From Beijerinckiaceae bacterium (GTDB lineage: Bacteria; Pseudomonadota; Alphaproteobacteria; Rhizobiales; Beijerinckiaceae), in the NCBI GenBank assembly GCA_006514895.1, contig VDMG01000310.1, positions 1 through 46,547 on the forward strand: a stretch of DNA of 46,547 nucleotides. The letters run 5' to 3'. The notes below the pieces were generated by a model. The model did no database searches and had not been told where the DNA came from. It worked only from the letters and a program-made list of their open reading frames with translations. Below, one piece after another: positions 23,537 through 33,592 of this stretch. Position numbers and translations under genes: made by a program. Every line of letters starts with the position of its first letter. Positions within the stretch are counted from its first letter, which is position 1.

Positions 23537-23768
23537 GGCATAAGCTCGAAAAAGTTGCAGACTTTTTGAGCGAGTTCATGCGATAAAACAAACTAATAGA
23601 GCTTATGATCCATTTGATCCATTTAGTTTGCAACGAGCGTGGTGGGGAGAATGTCCTTAAAAAATTGATCGGCCGTTTCGCAAATGACATGCCCCAACTC
23701 ATTAACTCTTTAGAAATTAGAGCGCCTCCTTTTCGATCACGTGACTCGCCATGACCAAGCAGCGCTCC
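23537..23768. repeat. Two degenerate palindromic repeat units
   Basis: AAAAAGTTGCAGACTTTTTG...CATGCGATAAAACAAA (reverse complement resembles 42690-42730) and GACATGCCCCAACTC...AGAGCGCCTCCTTTTCGATCACGTGA (resembles unit A at 14911-14958). Confidence 0.8.
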
Positions 23769-23869
23769 GGCCCGCGATGCTTCACCGCAAAGGTTGGTTC
23801 ACCTTACGCTCATAAAGCGATGCTATGCTGTGCTTTAGATAAGCATGAAACGCACAATAAGGAAGAGTA

Positions 23870-24562
23870 ATGGACCGGATTCTCGTGCTTCTGCGTCACG
23901 GCCAGAGCGATTGGAACCTGAAAAACATATTTACGGGGTGGAAGAACCCTGATCTCACCAGTCAGGGAGTCGAGGAGGCGCGCGCCGCCGGGTACTGCCT
24001 CAAGGCGCGCGGTATTATCTTCGACCGCGCCTTCACCTCCAATCTCGTCCGCGCGCAGCACACCTTGCAGTTGATTCTCGCGGAGACTGGCATGCCCGGT
24101 ATGGAGATCGTTCGCGACCGAGCTCTCAATGAGCGCGATTATGGCGTACTTTGCGGCGTGAATAAAGACGATGCCATAAGGAAATGGGGCGACGAACAAG
24201 TGGATCTCTGGCGCCGCTCCTACGATGTCCGGCCTCCAGGCGGGGAAAGTTTGAAGGACACGGTGGCCCGCGTTCTCCCCTATTATTGTCAGAAAATTCT
24301 GCCACAGGTGCTCGGCGGACATCGGGTGATCGTCGCAGGACATGGCAATTCGCTGCGCGCTCTCATTATGGTCCTCGACCAGCTGACGCCGGAAACGATA
24401 CCGGGGATGGAACTCGAAACAGGAGTTCCCCATCTTTACCGGCTGAAACCGGACTCGACCGTCGAGTTCAAGGAGATACTCGATCCAAAAGCGCTCCACG
24501 AGACATCCCCGCCGGCTGCGGCCAGGGCTGCATTTTCAAAAATCCGCACAGCCGAAAAATAA
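23870..24562 (+). CDS. gpmA: 2,3-bisphosphoglycerate-dependent phosphoglycerate mutase
   Basis: [49 protein letters not shown]. Confidence 0.95.
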   Translation: MDRILVLLRHGQSDWNLKNIFTGWKNPDLTSQGVEEARAAGYCLKARGIIFDRAFTSNLVRAQHTLQLILAETGMPGMEIVRDRALNERDYGVLCGVNKDDAIRKWGDEQVDLWRRSYDVRPPGGESLKDTVARVLPYYCQKILPQVLGGHRVIVAGHGNSLRALIMVLDQLTPETIPGMELETGVPHLYRLKPDSTVEFKEILDPKALHETSPPAAARAAFSKIRTAEK

Positions 24563-24913
24563 ACCTTATTTTAGCTCGCGTCCGCGCCAAGTTCCTGCTT
24601 TGCATCTCGCCGCCGCCTTGCAAATGTCACTTTGCGCGGCGGGTCAATCGTACCAAAATGTTTCACTTTTATTTGCACCCGGCCCGCTGACGGCAGAAAC
24701 CAAGGCATAGACCACAACATCTTGGTCAATCGTCGCGGGCTTCTGCATATGCGCAAAAAACCGCAAGAAAACCGGCCCCTTCCGCCTTATTTTCGCCCCA
24801 GAAAAACCAGAAAAATCGGCAGAAAAACCGTGCTTATCCCTCCTATGTCCAGCTCCATGTCTCGCTCCGAGCCCCCATGGCTACGGCTGGCCATGCGCAT
24901 CGTGATCGGCCTA

Positions 24914-25081
24914 TGCCTTGCCCGCTCCGGCGACATTCTTGTAATGGGAGGCGCCGCACGGTTGATATTTCACGGCGTGGACAAGATTTTTCCGGGCTCC
25001 TCCTCGCTGCTGCCGGGCGGCGGGCGAATCAACCTGACCTTGCGGCGGGTGGCGCGGCCGGCCGGCGTGCCGGCGGCGTAA
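24914..25081 (+). pseudogene. alkB: C-terminal remnant of AlkB dioxygenase
   Basis: RSGDILVMGGAARLIFHGVDKIFPGSSSLLPGGGRINLTLRRV matches the AlkB C-terminus (distal His, RxNxTxR); I could not find the HxD motif or N-terminal part upstream. Confidence 0.8.
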
Positions 25082-25198
25082 GAGAGCTCACGCGTAGCCT
25101 CGAGTGCGACTAAGCCTGACTGCGTTGTCAACGTGTCGTCAGTCACTGTATCTTCACGATTATGGGTGTTGGGAATGCCCGCGGTGCCGGAGCGCGCG

Positions 25199-26020
25199 AT
25201 GAAGATTTCTCTAATTCAGATGAACTCGGTCAGCGACAAACCCGCCAATATCACTGCTGCAACCAAGCTCGTCGAACAAGCCGTCGCCGAGGAGCGGCCG
25301 GACTGGATTTGCCTGCCCGAATGTTTCGATTTTCTCGGCGGCGACCGCAAGGCCAAGATGGCGGCGGCGGAAGCGTTTCCAGGCGGCCCGGCCTATGGCG
25401 CGATGCGGGCGCTCGCCAAAAAACACAAAGTTTATATCCATGCCGGTTCCATTCTCGAAAAACCCGAGACCGGGGAGCGCATTCACAATACGACCGTGGT
25501 CTTCGATCGCGCCGGCGCGGAAATCGCGCGCTACCGGAAAATCCACATGTTCGACATCACCGCGCCGGATGGCACAAAATATAATGAAAGCGCGGCCTTC
25601 GCACCGGGCGACAGGGTCGTGACTTATCCTTGTGAAGACATGATCATCGGCTGCGCGATTTGCTACGACATCAGGTTTCCGGATCTTTTTCAGGCCCTTG
25701 CCACGAAGGGCGCGGAGATGATCGCCTTGCCCGCGGCCTTCACCTTGCAAACCGGCAAGGACCATTGGGAAGTTCTTTGCCGGGCTCGGGCGATCGAGAC
25801 GCAGGCCTATGTCTGTGCCCCCGCGCAGACCGGCGCCCATCTTGCCGGAAAGGAAATGCGCCAGACTTACGGCCATTCCCTGGCCGCCGATCCGTGGGGC
25901 CATGTCATCGCCAAGGCCTCGGACGGCATCGGCATTGTCTCGGCGAGGATCGACCGCGCCATAGTCAAAAAAGTTCGCGCGCAAATCCCGGTCGCGCGAC
26001 ATAAGGTGCGGTTCGATTGA
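25199..26020 (+). CDS. Carbon-nitrogen hydrolase, Nit1/deaminated glutathione amidase-like
   Basis: Glu-Lys-Cys triad in LPE, YRKIHMFD, ICYDIRFP; PAAFT..TG..HWEVL.RARAIE. Confidence 0.9.
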   Translation: MKISLIQMNSVSDKPANITAATKLVEQAVAEERPDWICLPECFDFLGGDRKAKMAAAEAFPGGPAYGAMRALAKKHKVYIHAGSILEKPETGERIHNTTVVFDRAGAEIARYRKIHMFDITAPDGTKYNESAAFAPGDRVVTYPCEDMIIGCAICYDIRFPDLFQALATKGAEMIALPAAFTLQTGKDHWEVLCRARAIETQAYVCAPAQTGAHLAGKEMRQTYGHSLAADPWGHVIAKASDGIGIVSARIDRAIVKKVRAQIPVARHKVRFD

Positions 26021-27660
26021 GCAAGGGGTTCGGCCGGCATCGCCGCGCGTTCCAGTGTTTTTTGCGCGGCGCGGCCTTCTTCCTTGCCGTCAATGGGCTC
26101 GGTCTTGAGACAAACAGCGGCGTTGCCGGCGGCGCGCCTCAACCCATGATCTGGCACCGGGGCGAGCTGGGCGACCCAGGATCGCTCGATCCGCACAAGG
26201 CGACGACCTTGATCGAAAGCAATATTCTCGACGAACTTTTCGAGGGCCTTGTCACGCTCAACGCACGCGGCGAAATCATTCCGGGCGCCGCCGCGAGCTG
26301 GACGGTCGATCCCACCGGCACGGTTTATGATTTTCGGCTCCGCCCTGATGCGAGATGGTCGAATGGCAACAGAGTCACGGCGGAAGATTTTGTCTTCGCC
26401 TTCCGCCGTCTGATGGCTCCAGTGACTGGAGCCCCTTATGCGAACATTCTTTATACATTGAAGAACGCGGAGAGAATCAACAAGGGCGAGCTCCCCCTCG
26501 AAGCTTTGGGCGCGCGCGCCTTGAATGAAACGACGCTCGAAATCACGCTTGAACATCCGGCGCCTTATTTCATCTCTCAGCTTCCTCACTTGACCGCCAA
26601 GCCGCTTCACCGGAAATCCATCGAGGCGTTTGGGTCGGATTTCGTTCACCCCGCCCATATTGTGACAAACGGCCCTTTCATGCTGGAGGAATTCACGCCG
26701 AATGACCGCGTCGTCATGGTCAAGAATCCCTACTATTACGACGCGGCGCATGTCGCGCTTGATGAGGAAGTTTTTTATTCGCTGGAGGACCGCTCTGCCG
26801 GATTGCGCCGTTTCATGGCCGGCGAAATTCAATCCTATGATGACGTTCCGGTGGAGCAGATTGGTTTTGTGCGCAGCCATTTGGCGGAGGCATTCAAGGT
26901 AACGCCGAATCTCGGCAGTTATTTCTATGCCTTCGACACCCGTTACAAGCCTTTCGACGACAAAAGGGTGCGCCAGGCCCTCGCCATGGCGATCGACCGC
27001 GAGTTTCTCGCCGAGCGCATTTGGGGCGGCACCATGGACGCCGGCTATAGCTTCGTGCCGCCTGGAATTCCGAGCTACGGCACCCCCGCCACCGTCGCAT
27101 GGAAGGATAGCGATCCCTTTGAGCGCGAGGATGAAGCCAAAAAATTGCTCGCCGAGGCGGGCTTTGGTCCCCGCGGTCAAAAACTCGAGGTGGAGATCCG
27201 CTTCAACAATTCGGAAAATCATCGCGCGACGGCGGTCGCGATTGCCGATATGTGGAAGGTGCTTGGCATCGAGACACGGCTTCTTGCCACCGACGCCACG
27301 ACCCATTACGCTTTTTTAAGGGAAAAACCCCCGTTTGATGTCGCGCGGTCGGGCTGGTTCGCCGATTATCCCGACGCTCAGAATTTTCTCTTTCTTGGTC
27401 AAAGCGACAATCAAGCCCTGAATGCCGCAAGTTTCAGGAACAAGACCTATGATAGCATGATGCATGAAGCTCAAGTGGAAGCCTCGCCCGAGCGGCGCCG
27501 CGCCATTTTGCATGAGGCCGAGGCGCTTCTCCTCGACGAACAGCCTTATCTCGTGCTCCTCACCTATCGTTCCCGCAATCTTGTCTCGCCAAAACTGAAA
27601 GGCTGGGAAGCCAATGTGCTCGACAATCATCCCGGCCGCTACATTTCGATCGCGCCATGA
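26017..27660 (+). CDS. oppA: Oligopeptide ABC transporter substrate-binding protein
   Basis: DPGSLDPH, LFEGLV, ARWSNG..VTAEDF, GWFADYPDA; family 5 solute-binding protein. Confidence 0.9.
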   Translation: MSKGFGRHRRAFQCFLRGAAFFLAVNGLGLETNSGVAGGAPQPMIWHRGELGDPGSLDPHKATTLIESNILDELFEGLVTLNARGEIIPGAAASWTVDPTGTVYDFRLRPDARWSNGNRVTAEDFVFAFRRLMAPVTGAPYANILYTLKNAERINKGELPLEALGARALNETTLEITLEHPAPYFISQLPHLTAKPLHRKSIEAFGSDFVHPAHIVTNGPFMLEEFTPNDRVVMVKNPYYYDAAHVALDEEVFYSLEDRSAGLRRFMAGEIQSYDDVPVEQIGFVRSHLAEAFKVTPNLGSYFYAFDTRYKPFDDKRVRQALAMAIDREFLAERIWGGTMDAGYSFVPPGIPSYGTPATVAWKDSDPFEREDEAKKLLAEAGFGPRGQKLEVEIRFNNSENHRATAVAIADMWKVLGIETRLLATDATTHYAFLREKPPFDVARSGWFADYPDAQNFLFLGQSDNQALNAASFRNKTYDSMMHEAQVEASPERRRAILHEAEALLLDEQPYLVLLTYRSRNLVSPKLKGWEANVLDNHPGRYISIAP

Positions 27661-27677
27661 GCCGAGCAGGCTAGTCC

Positions 27678-28607
27678 ATGCTTCGCTATTTTCTTTCTCG
27701 CATCGTCATGGTGGTCCCGACGCTGCTCATCATCATTGCGCTTGCGTTTTTTCTCATGCGTCTCGCGCCGGGCGGGCCTTTCGATTCCGAGCGCGCGCTC
27801 GATCCGGAAATCGCCAAGAATCTGCGCCGTATCTATAAGCTCGACCGGCCTCTTCTTGAACAATTTTGGCTCTATCTGCAAAGTCTCGCCCACGGCGATT
27901 TCGGGCCGAGCTTGCATTGGCGCGATTTTACCGTGAACCAGCTCTTTGCCACGGCGCTGCCGATCTCGGTTGCCCTCGGCACGAAGGCCATGCTCACCGC
28001 GATCCTTGCCGGCACGGCGCTGGGACTAGTTGGAGCGATGAGCAAGGGCGGGATTGGCCCGCGTCTTGTCGATGGCGCCGCGATATTCGGAATTGTTCTG
28101 CCTGTCTTTGTCGTCGCGCCGCTTTTGCAGCTCGGATTTGGTCTCACGCTTCACATACTGCCGGTCGGTGGCTGGAACGATGGCGCCTGGCAAAACCAAA
28201 TCTTGCCGGTGATCACGCTTGCTCTGCCGCAAATCGCCATCGTGGCGCGGCTGATGCAAGCTGCCCTCATCGATGCGCTTGCAATGCCACACATCCGGAC
28301 GCTGCGGGCTTTTGGAATGCCAGGGTTTCATATCACTCTTCATGCGCTTCGCGCGGCCTTCCCGCCGGTTGTTTCCTATCTTGGCCTTGCCGCCGCCAAT
28401 GTGCTCACAGGGTCGGTTATCGTCGAGACCATTTTCGGAATTCCCGGCATGGGACGATATTTCGTCGATGGCGCGCTCGGCCGCGATTACACGCTGGTCA
28501 TGGGCACGGTCGTCGTCGTCGCGGGCGCGGTGCTTTTGTTCAATCTCATCGTCGATCTCGTGCTCGCCTGGCTCGATCCACGCGTGCGTTATGAATCGAG
28601 GTCCTGA
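27678..28607 (+). CDS. oppB: Oligopeptide ABC transporter permease
   Basis: FFLMRLAPGGPF, GDFGPS, TGSVIVETIFGIPGMGRYFV..AL.RDY. Confidence 0.92.
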   Translation: MLRYFLSRIVMVVPTLLIIIALAFFLMRLAPGGPFDSERALDPEIAKNLRRIYKLDRPLLEQFWLYLQSLAHGDFGPSLHWRDFTVNQLFATALPISVALGTKAMLTAILAGTALGLVGAMSKGGIGPRLVDGAAIFGIVLPVFVVAPLLQLGFGLTLHILPVGGWNDGAWQNQILPVITLALPQIAIVARLMQAALIDALAMPHIRTLRAFGMPGFHITLHALRAAFPPVVSYLGLAAANVLTGSVIVETIFGIPGMGRYFVDGALGRDYTLVMGTVVVVAGAVLLFNLIVDLVLAWLDPRVRYESRS

Positions 28608-29698
28608 TGAATGAGCCAGCGCCCATGGCGCAATTGTCCGCTGCCGCGGGGGCGCTGCGCAATTGGTCGATGCTGGCGAGCCTTTCCATTCTCGGTCTGA
28701 TTGCGCTTCTTTGCCTTATCGGGCCGCTGATTTCCGGCCATCCCTACGATCAAGTCTATCGTGACTATGTGCTCGTTCGGCCTTCCCTTTTCGCGCACCC
28801 GGACTGGGCCGAAGTGGAAGAAGCGGTCTCCGCCATGGCGCGCCGCATGCATGTGCGTATCGAAGCCTCGCGTGATGGGGAGATCAGGCACATGACGCTC
28901 GAGGCAGCAAAACCCATCGATCCACGTGCCTTGCGCGCCTTCGAGCGATCGGATCTGTTCGCGCCCGCTCGTATTGTCGCATCCAAGGACGAAGGCCGCC
29001 GCCTTGCGATTGATGTGCCTTTGAAACGGACTCTGTTTCTGTTCGGAACAGACGCCAATGGCCGCGATCTTTTCACAAGGGTCCTCATTGCCGGCCGCGT
29101 TTCGCTTGCCGTTGGCCTGCTTGCCTCTTTCGTTGCCTTGACGATCGGTGTCGCCTATGGCGCGGTCGCGGGCTATGCCGGCGGGCGCATCGATTCTTTG
29201 ATGATGCGTGCTATCGAGATCATCTATGCGCTCCCTTTCATTTTTTTCGTGATCGTTCTCGTCATGGTATTCGGGCGTCATTTCGTGCTGATTTTCGCCG
29301 CCATCGGCGCGGTCGAATGGCTCGACATGGCGCGTATCGTGCGCGGCCAGACGCTTTCGATCAAGCAAAGAGATTTTGTTGCCGCCGCCGAAGCGCTTGG
29401 CGCGACAACCCCTGCGATACTTTGGCGGCATGTGATTCCCAATGCCTCGGGTCCGATCATTGCCTATCTCACCGTGCTGGTTCCGCGGGTGATCTTGCTC
29501 GAAAGTTTTGTGTCGTTCTTGGGCCTCGGCGTGCAGGAGCCGCTGACGAGCTGGGGCGTGCTTATCGCGGATGGCGCCCGTAACATCCAGGGCTCCATCC
29601 ATCTTCTGATTTTTCCGGCGTTGTTCTTGGGCGCCACACTCGGCGCGCTGCAAACTCTCGGCGACGGATTTCGCGCGCACGGCCTTCGGAGCCGTTGA
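28607..29698 (+). CDS. oppC: Oligopeptide ABC transporter permease
   Basis: FGTDANGRDLF, WLDMARIVRGQTLS, ESFVSFLGLGVQEP..SWG. Confidence 0.92.
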   Translation: MNEPAPMAQLSAAAGALRNWSMLASLSILGLIALLCLIGPLISGHPYDQVYRDYVLVRPSLFAHPDWAEVEEAVSAMARRMHVRIEASRDGEIRHMTLEAAKPIDPRALRAFERSDLFAPARIVASKDEGRRLAIDVPLKRTLFLFGTDANGRDLFTRVLIAGRVSLAVGLLASFVALTIGVAYGAVAGYAGGRIDSLMMRAIEIIYALPFIFFVIVLVMVFGRHFVLIFAAIGAVEWLDMARIVRGQTLSIKQRDFVAAAEALGATTPAILWRHVIPNASGPIIAYLTVLVPRVILLESFVSFLGLGVQEPLTSWGVLIADGARNIQGSIHLLIFPALFLGATLGALQTLGDGFRAHGLRSR

Positions 29699-31290
29699 TG
29701 TCCTCTCCGGCCAAACCGATCCTCCAGCTCCGTGATCTTCAGGTTAGCTATGGCAAGGCCCGCGTCGTCAACGGTTTGAACTTGCTCGTGCGGCGCGGCG
29801 AAACGGCGGCGATTGTCGGCGAATCCGGTTCCGGCAAAAGTCAGACCGTGCTCGCGGCGCTGAGACTTCTGCCCAGGCAAGTGGTCACCTCGGGTTCGGT
29901 GACATTTGAGGACACCGAGCTTCTCGCGCTTTCGCAAAGACGGCTCAATGCGCTTCTTGGGCGGCGCATCGCGATGGTTTTCCAAGAGCCAATGTCGGCG
30001 CTCGATCCTTTATTTACGGTGGGCGCTCAGATCGGCGCGGTCCTGCGTCTCAAGGCTGGCTTGCGGCGCGGCGCGGCCAAGGCACGCGCAAAAGAGCTTC
30101 TAAGCCTCGCCGGCATTGCCGAGCCGGAACGCCGGCTCAATGCCTATCCGCATGAATTGTCCGGCGGCCAGTGCCAGCGAGTCGCGATTGCGATGGCGAT
30201 CGCTTGCAATCCGGATCTGTTGATCGCGGATGAGCCGACGACCGCCCTGGACGTGACGGTTGCCGCGAAAATCCTCGACCTTCTCGCAAAACTCAAACAA
30301 AGCCTCGGCATGGCGATGATCTTCATCAGCCATGACCTGGGGCTCGTCCGCCGGATCGCCGACTCGATCCATGTGATGCGGGATGGGGAAATCGTTGAAA
30401 GCGGGGCGACGGGTGAGATTTTCTCCAACCCGCGCCATGACGCGACGCGCCTGTTGCTTGAGACCATGCCGCGTGCCCGGCCGCATATCCGAACCGATAC
30501 GCCGGTGCTTTTGCGCGCGGAAAATATCGGCGTGCGGTTTGCCTTGCGGGGCGGCTTGTTCGGGGCTAGGCGCACGTTCAAAGCGGTCGACGGCGTCAGC
30601 CTCAGCCTCGATTGCGGCCGCACGCTTGGGCTCGTCGGCGAATCGGGCTCCGGCAAATCGACGCTCGCGCGCGCGCTTTTGAAGCTCGTGCCCGCGAGCG
30701 GCATGATCAGTTTTAATGGACGCGACCTCGCCTGGCTCGATAAGGCTGCGATGCGGCCGCTGCGGCGTTCCATGCAATTGGTGTTTCAAGATCCGTACGG
30801 CTCGCTATCGCCCGCGATGCGCGTCAGTGACATCGTCACGGAGGGTTTGCGGGTGCATGAACCGGCAATTGGCCGCCAGGAGCGCGACAAGCGTGCAGTG
30901 CTGGCGCTACAAGAAGTCCTCCTCGACCCGGATCTCCGGCATCGCTTTCCGCGGGAATTGTCCGGCGGGCAGCGCCAGCGGGTCGCGATCGCCCGAGCGA
31001 TGATTTTAAAACCGCGCCTCGTCGTCCTCGACGAGCCGACCTCGGCACTCGATCGCTCCGTCCAAACCGGAATCATCGCCCTGCTCGAAGAGTTGCAGGA
31101 GGCGCATGGCTTGACCTATGTCTTTATCAGTCACGATCTCGCCGTGATCCGCGCGGTCGCTGACGAGATCGCCGTGATGAAAGACGGGCGCATCGTGGAA
31201 CAAGGCCCCGCACAAGAGATTGTCGAACATCCGCGCGAGCCCTATACAAGGGCGCTCATTTCGGCGGCGTTTCAAACCGGCGAGGCATAG
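29698..31290 (+). CDS. Peptide ABC transporter ATP-binding protein, fused double ATPase (OppD/F-like)
   Basis: Two GESGSGKS Walker A, two LSGGQ signatures, two DEPT motifs. Confidence 0.94.
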   Translation: MSSPAKPILQLRDLQVSYGKARVVNGLNLLVRRGETAAIVGESGSGKSQTVLAALRLLPRQVVTSGSVTFEDTELLALSQRRLNALLGRRIAMVFQEPMSALDPLFTVGAQIGAVLRLKAGLRRGAAKARAKELLSLAGIAEPERRLNAYPHELSGGQCQRVAIAMAIACNPDLLIADEPTTALDVTVAAKILDLLAKLKQSLGMAMIFISHDLGLVRRIADSIHVMRDGEIVESGATGEIFSNPRHDATRLLLETMPRARPHIRTDTPVLLRAENIGVRFALRGGLFGARRTFKAVDGVSLSLDCGRTLGLVGESGSGKSTLARALLKLVPASGMISFNGRDLAWLDKAAMRPLRRSMQLVFQDPYGSLSPAMRVSDIVTEGLRVHEPAIGRQERDKRAVLALQEVLLDPDLRHRFPRELSGGQRQRVAIARAMILKPRLVVLDEPTSALDRSVQTGIIALLEELQEAHGLTYVFISHDLAVIRAVADEIAVMKDGRIVEQGPAQEIVEHPREPYTRALISAAFQTGEA

Positions 31291-31416
31291 GCGAGGCATA
31301 ATGGTGGTTTCAAATGCTGACTGGCCTTTAATTCGCATGGGCTTTGTCGCAATAGCGATATCCGTTGCCGGTTTATGATGACGGCGCATGATGCAAAGAA
31401 TGGCGAGGTGTGGCCG

Positions 31417-33567
31417 ATGCTTTTCGATGGACAAACGATGAAGGTTGATCTTCAGGAAGGCGGAATCGCCGAACTGCGGTTCGAGCGCGGCAACGAGGCC
31501 GTCAACAAGCTCGACGCTCTGGCTTTCGGTGAACTGCGCCGCGCGCTCGACGCGATCAAGGCGACGCCTTCGATTCAAGGCGTCTTGATTACCAGCACCA
31601 AGGATACATTCATTGTTGGGGCCGATATTTTCGAATTCACCCGTATCTTCAAGCAGCCGGACTCTGAGATTGTCGCTTTTGTCGCCGGCAACAGCGCAAT
31701 CATAACGGCGCTCGACGATTTGCCCGTGCCAACGGTTGCGGCGATCAATGGTTTGGCGCTTGGCGGCGGGTTTGAGGTCGTCCTCGCCGCCGATTACCGG
31801 GTGATGGCGAGCACCGCGAAAATCGGTTTTCCGGAAATTCATCTCGGGCTTTTCCCGGGCTATGGCGGCACCGTCCGCTTGCCGCGCCTGAACGGTTTGG
31901 GGCCAAGCGCCGACTGGATCATTTTTGGCGCGCAGCAAGGCCCTGAACGGGCTCTTCGAGAAGGCGCGGTTGATGCCGTCGCAGCGCCGGAGGAATTGCG
32001 GTCCGCTGCCCTCGCAATGCTCGAGTTGGCGATCGCGGGCGAGGCCGATTGGCAGGGCCGGCGGGCTCGCATGAAACAGGGCCTCGGGGTTGCCAAGGAA
32101 GAGGCCGTAACTTTCCTTGCCAATGCCAAGGCGCAAGCCGCCAAAGCGCTCCCGCATCTGCCAGCGGCAAATTTCGCCGTGGACTTGCTAGAGAAGGCTT
32201 CGGATCTTGACCGCGATGCCGCCTTGGCGCTCGAAGCCGAGACTTTCGCCAAGGCCGCGAAGACGCAAGCTGCAGACTCGCTCGTTTCGATTTTCGTCAA
32301 CGAGCAGGCCGTGAAAAAGAGCATCCGCCGCTATGCCAAGGACGCGCCGAGGGTAGCCAGGGCGGCCGTCGCGGGGGCGGGCATCATGGGCGGCGGCATC
32401 GCCTATCAAAGCGCCTCGCGTGGCGTCCCGATCGTCATGAAGGATATTACCGCCGCGGCGCTCGACCTCGGCATGTCGGAAGCGCGCAAATTGCTCGCCA
32501 AATCGGTGGAGAGCGGAAGACTCACCCAACACAAGGCGGATGCGATCCTCGAGTCCATCATGCCAAGCCTCACTTATGAAGGATTTGAAAAAGCCGATGT
32601 GGTGATCGAGGCCGTCATCGAAAATATCGCGGTCAAGCAGATGGTCTTGCGTGAAATCGAGGAGATTACCGGCCCCGCCGCAATCCTCGCCTCGAACACT
32701 TCCTCCTTGCGGATTGGAGATTTGACGCAAACTTTGCGGCGCCCAGAAAATTTCCTAGGAATGCATTTTTTCAATCCTGTCCCAAAAATGCTGCTTGTCG
32801 AAGTGGTGCGCGGTCCCAAAACGTCGCCGCAAGCAATCGCGGTCGTTACCGGCTTTGCGGCCGCGATGGGCAAGACGCCGATCATCGTCGAGGATTGCCC
32901 AGGCTTTGTCGTCAATCGTGTGCTGACGCCTTATCTCATCGCTTTTTTGCGCCTTGTTCACGACGGCGCCGATTTCGTGGAAATCGACAAAGTGATGGAA
33001 GCCTTTGGCTGGCCTATGGGACCGGCCTATCTCATCGATGTCATCGGTATGGATATTTCGCACCATGTCGTCGAAATCGTCTCGGCGGGCTTTTCGCGGC
33101 GCATGGACGTAGATTTCGAGACGGCGCTTGAAATTCTCTTGCGCGCCAGGCGCCTTGGCCAGAAGAACGGTCACGGTTTTTATAAATATCGGAACGATTC
33201 GAAAGGCCGCCCGCGCAAGGAGATCGATTCCGAAACGGAAACCCTGCTTGCGGCGGCGAGGCCCAATGACAAGACCGGGTTTGGCGAGGAGGAGATCGTT
33301 GCGCGCATGATGCTGCCGTTGATTCTGGAGGCAGCGCGTTGCGTCGAGGACGATATCGCCGCTTCGCCAGGGGACGTCGACATGTGCCTGATCCTCGGCC
33401 TCGGCCTGCCGCGCTATCTCGGCGGCGCCCTCAAATATGCCGATTATCTCGGACTCAAGAACGTCTTGGACGCTGCCGATAAACGGGAGAGCCTTGGACC
33501 GATCTACCGCCCGAGCGAGCGCCTGCGCGCCATGGCTTCAGCCGGAGAGGTCTTTTATCCAATATGA
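31417..33567 (+). CDS. fadB: Fatty acid oxidation complex alpha subunit (enoyl-CoA hydratase / 3-hydroxyacyl-CoA dehydrogenase)
   Basis: GGGFE and GFPEIHLGLFPGYGG hydratase motifs; GAGIMGGGIA, SNTSSL, GMHFFNP dehydrogenase motifs; GAGG RBS before ATG 31417. Confidence 0.92.
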   Translation: MLFDGQTMKVDLQEGGIAELRFERGNEAVNKLDALAFGELRRALDAIKATPSIQGVLITSTKDTFIVGADIFEFTRIFKQPDSEIVAFVAGNSAIITALDDLPVPTVAAINGLALGGGFEVVLAADYRVMASTAKIGFPEIHLGLFPGYGGTVRLPRLNGLGPSADWIIFGAQQGPERALREGAVDAVAAPEELRSAALAMLELAIAGEADWQGRRARMKQGLGVAKEEAVTFLANAKAQAAKALPHLPAANFAVDLLEKASDLDRDAALALEAETFAKAAKTQAADSLVSIFVNEQAVKKSIRRYAKDAPRVARAAVAGAGIMGGGIAYQSASRGVPIVMKDITAAALDLGMSEARKLLAKSVESGRLTQHKADAILESIMPSLTYEGFEKADVVIEAVIENIAVKQMVLREIEEITGPAAILASNTSSLRIGDLTQTLRRPENFLGMHFFNPVPKMLLVEVVRGPKTSPQAIAVVTGFAAAMGKTPIIVEDCPGFVVNRVLTPYLIAFLRLVHDGADFVEIDKVMEAFGWPMGPAYLIDVIGMDISHHVVEIVSAGFSRRMDVDFETALEILLRARRLGQKNGHGFYKYRNDSKGRPRKEIDSETETLLAAARPNDKTGFGEEEIVARMMLPLILEAARCVEDDIAASPGDVDMCLILGLGLPRYLGGALKYADYLGLKNVLDAADKRESLGPIYRPSERLRAMASAGEVFYPI

Positions 33568-33592
33568 GCGCTTCAACGAGTCGCGGGGTCCG

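Noticed and set aside
24563-25130. Structured RNA gene (rnpB, ssrA, 6S) or a real 149-aa protein in the gpmA-nitrilase gap
   Set aside because: No signature motifs found; region is explained by a repeat half and the alkB remnant
28770-29040. Extra periplasmic segment in OppC
   Set aside because: Similar insertions occur in rhizobial OppC proteins as far as I recall; not treated as novel
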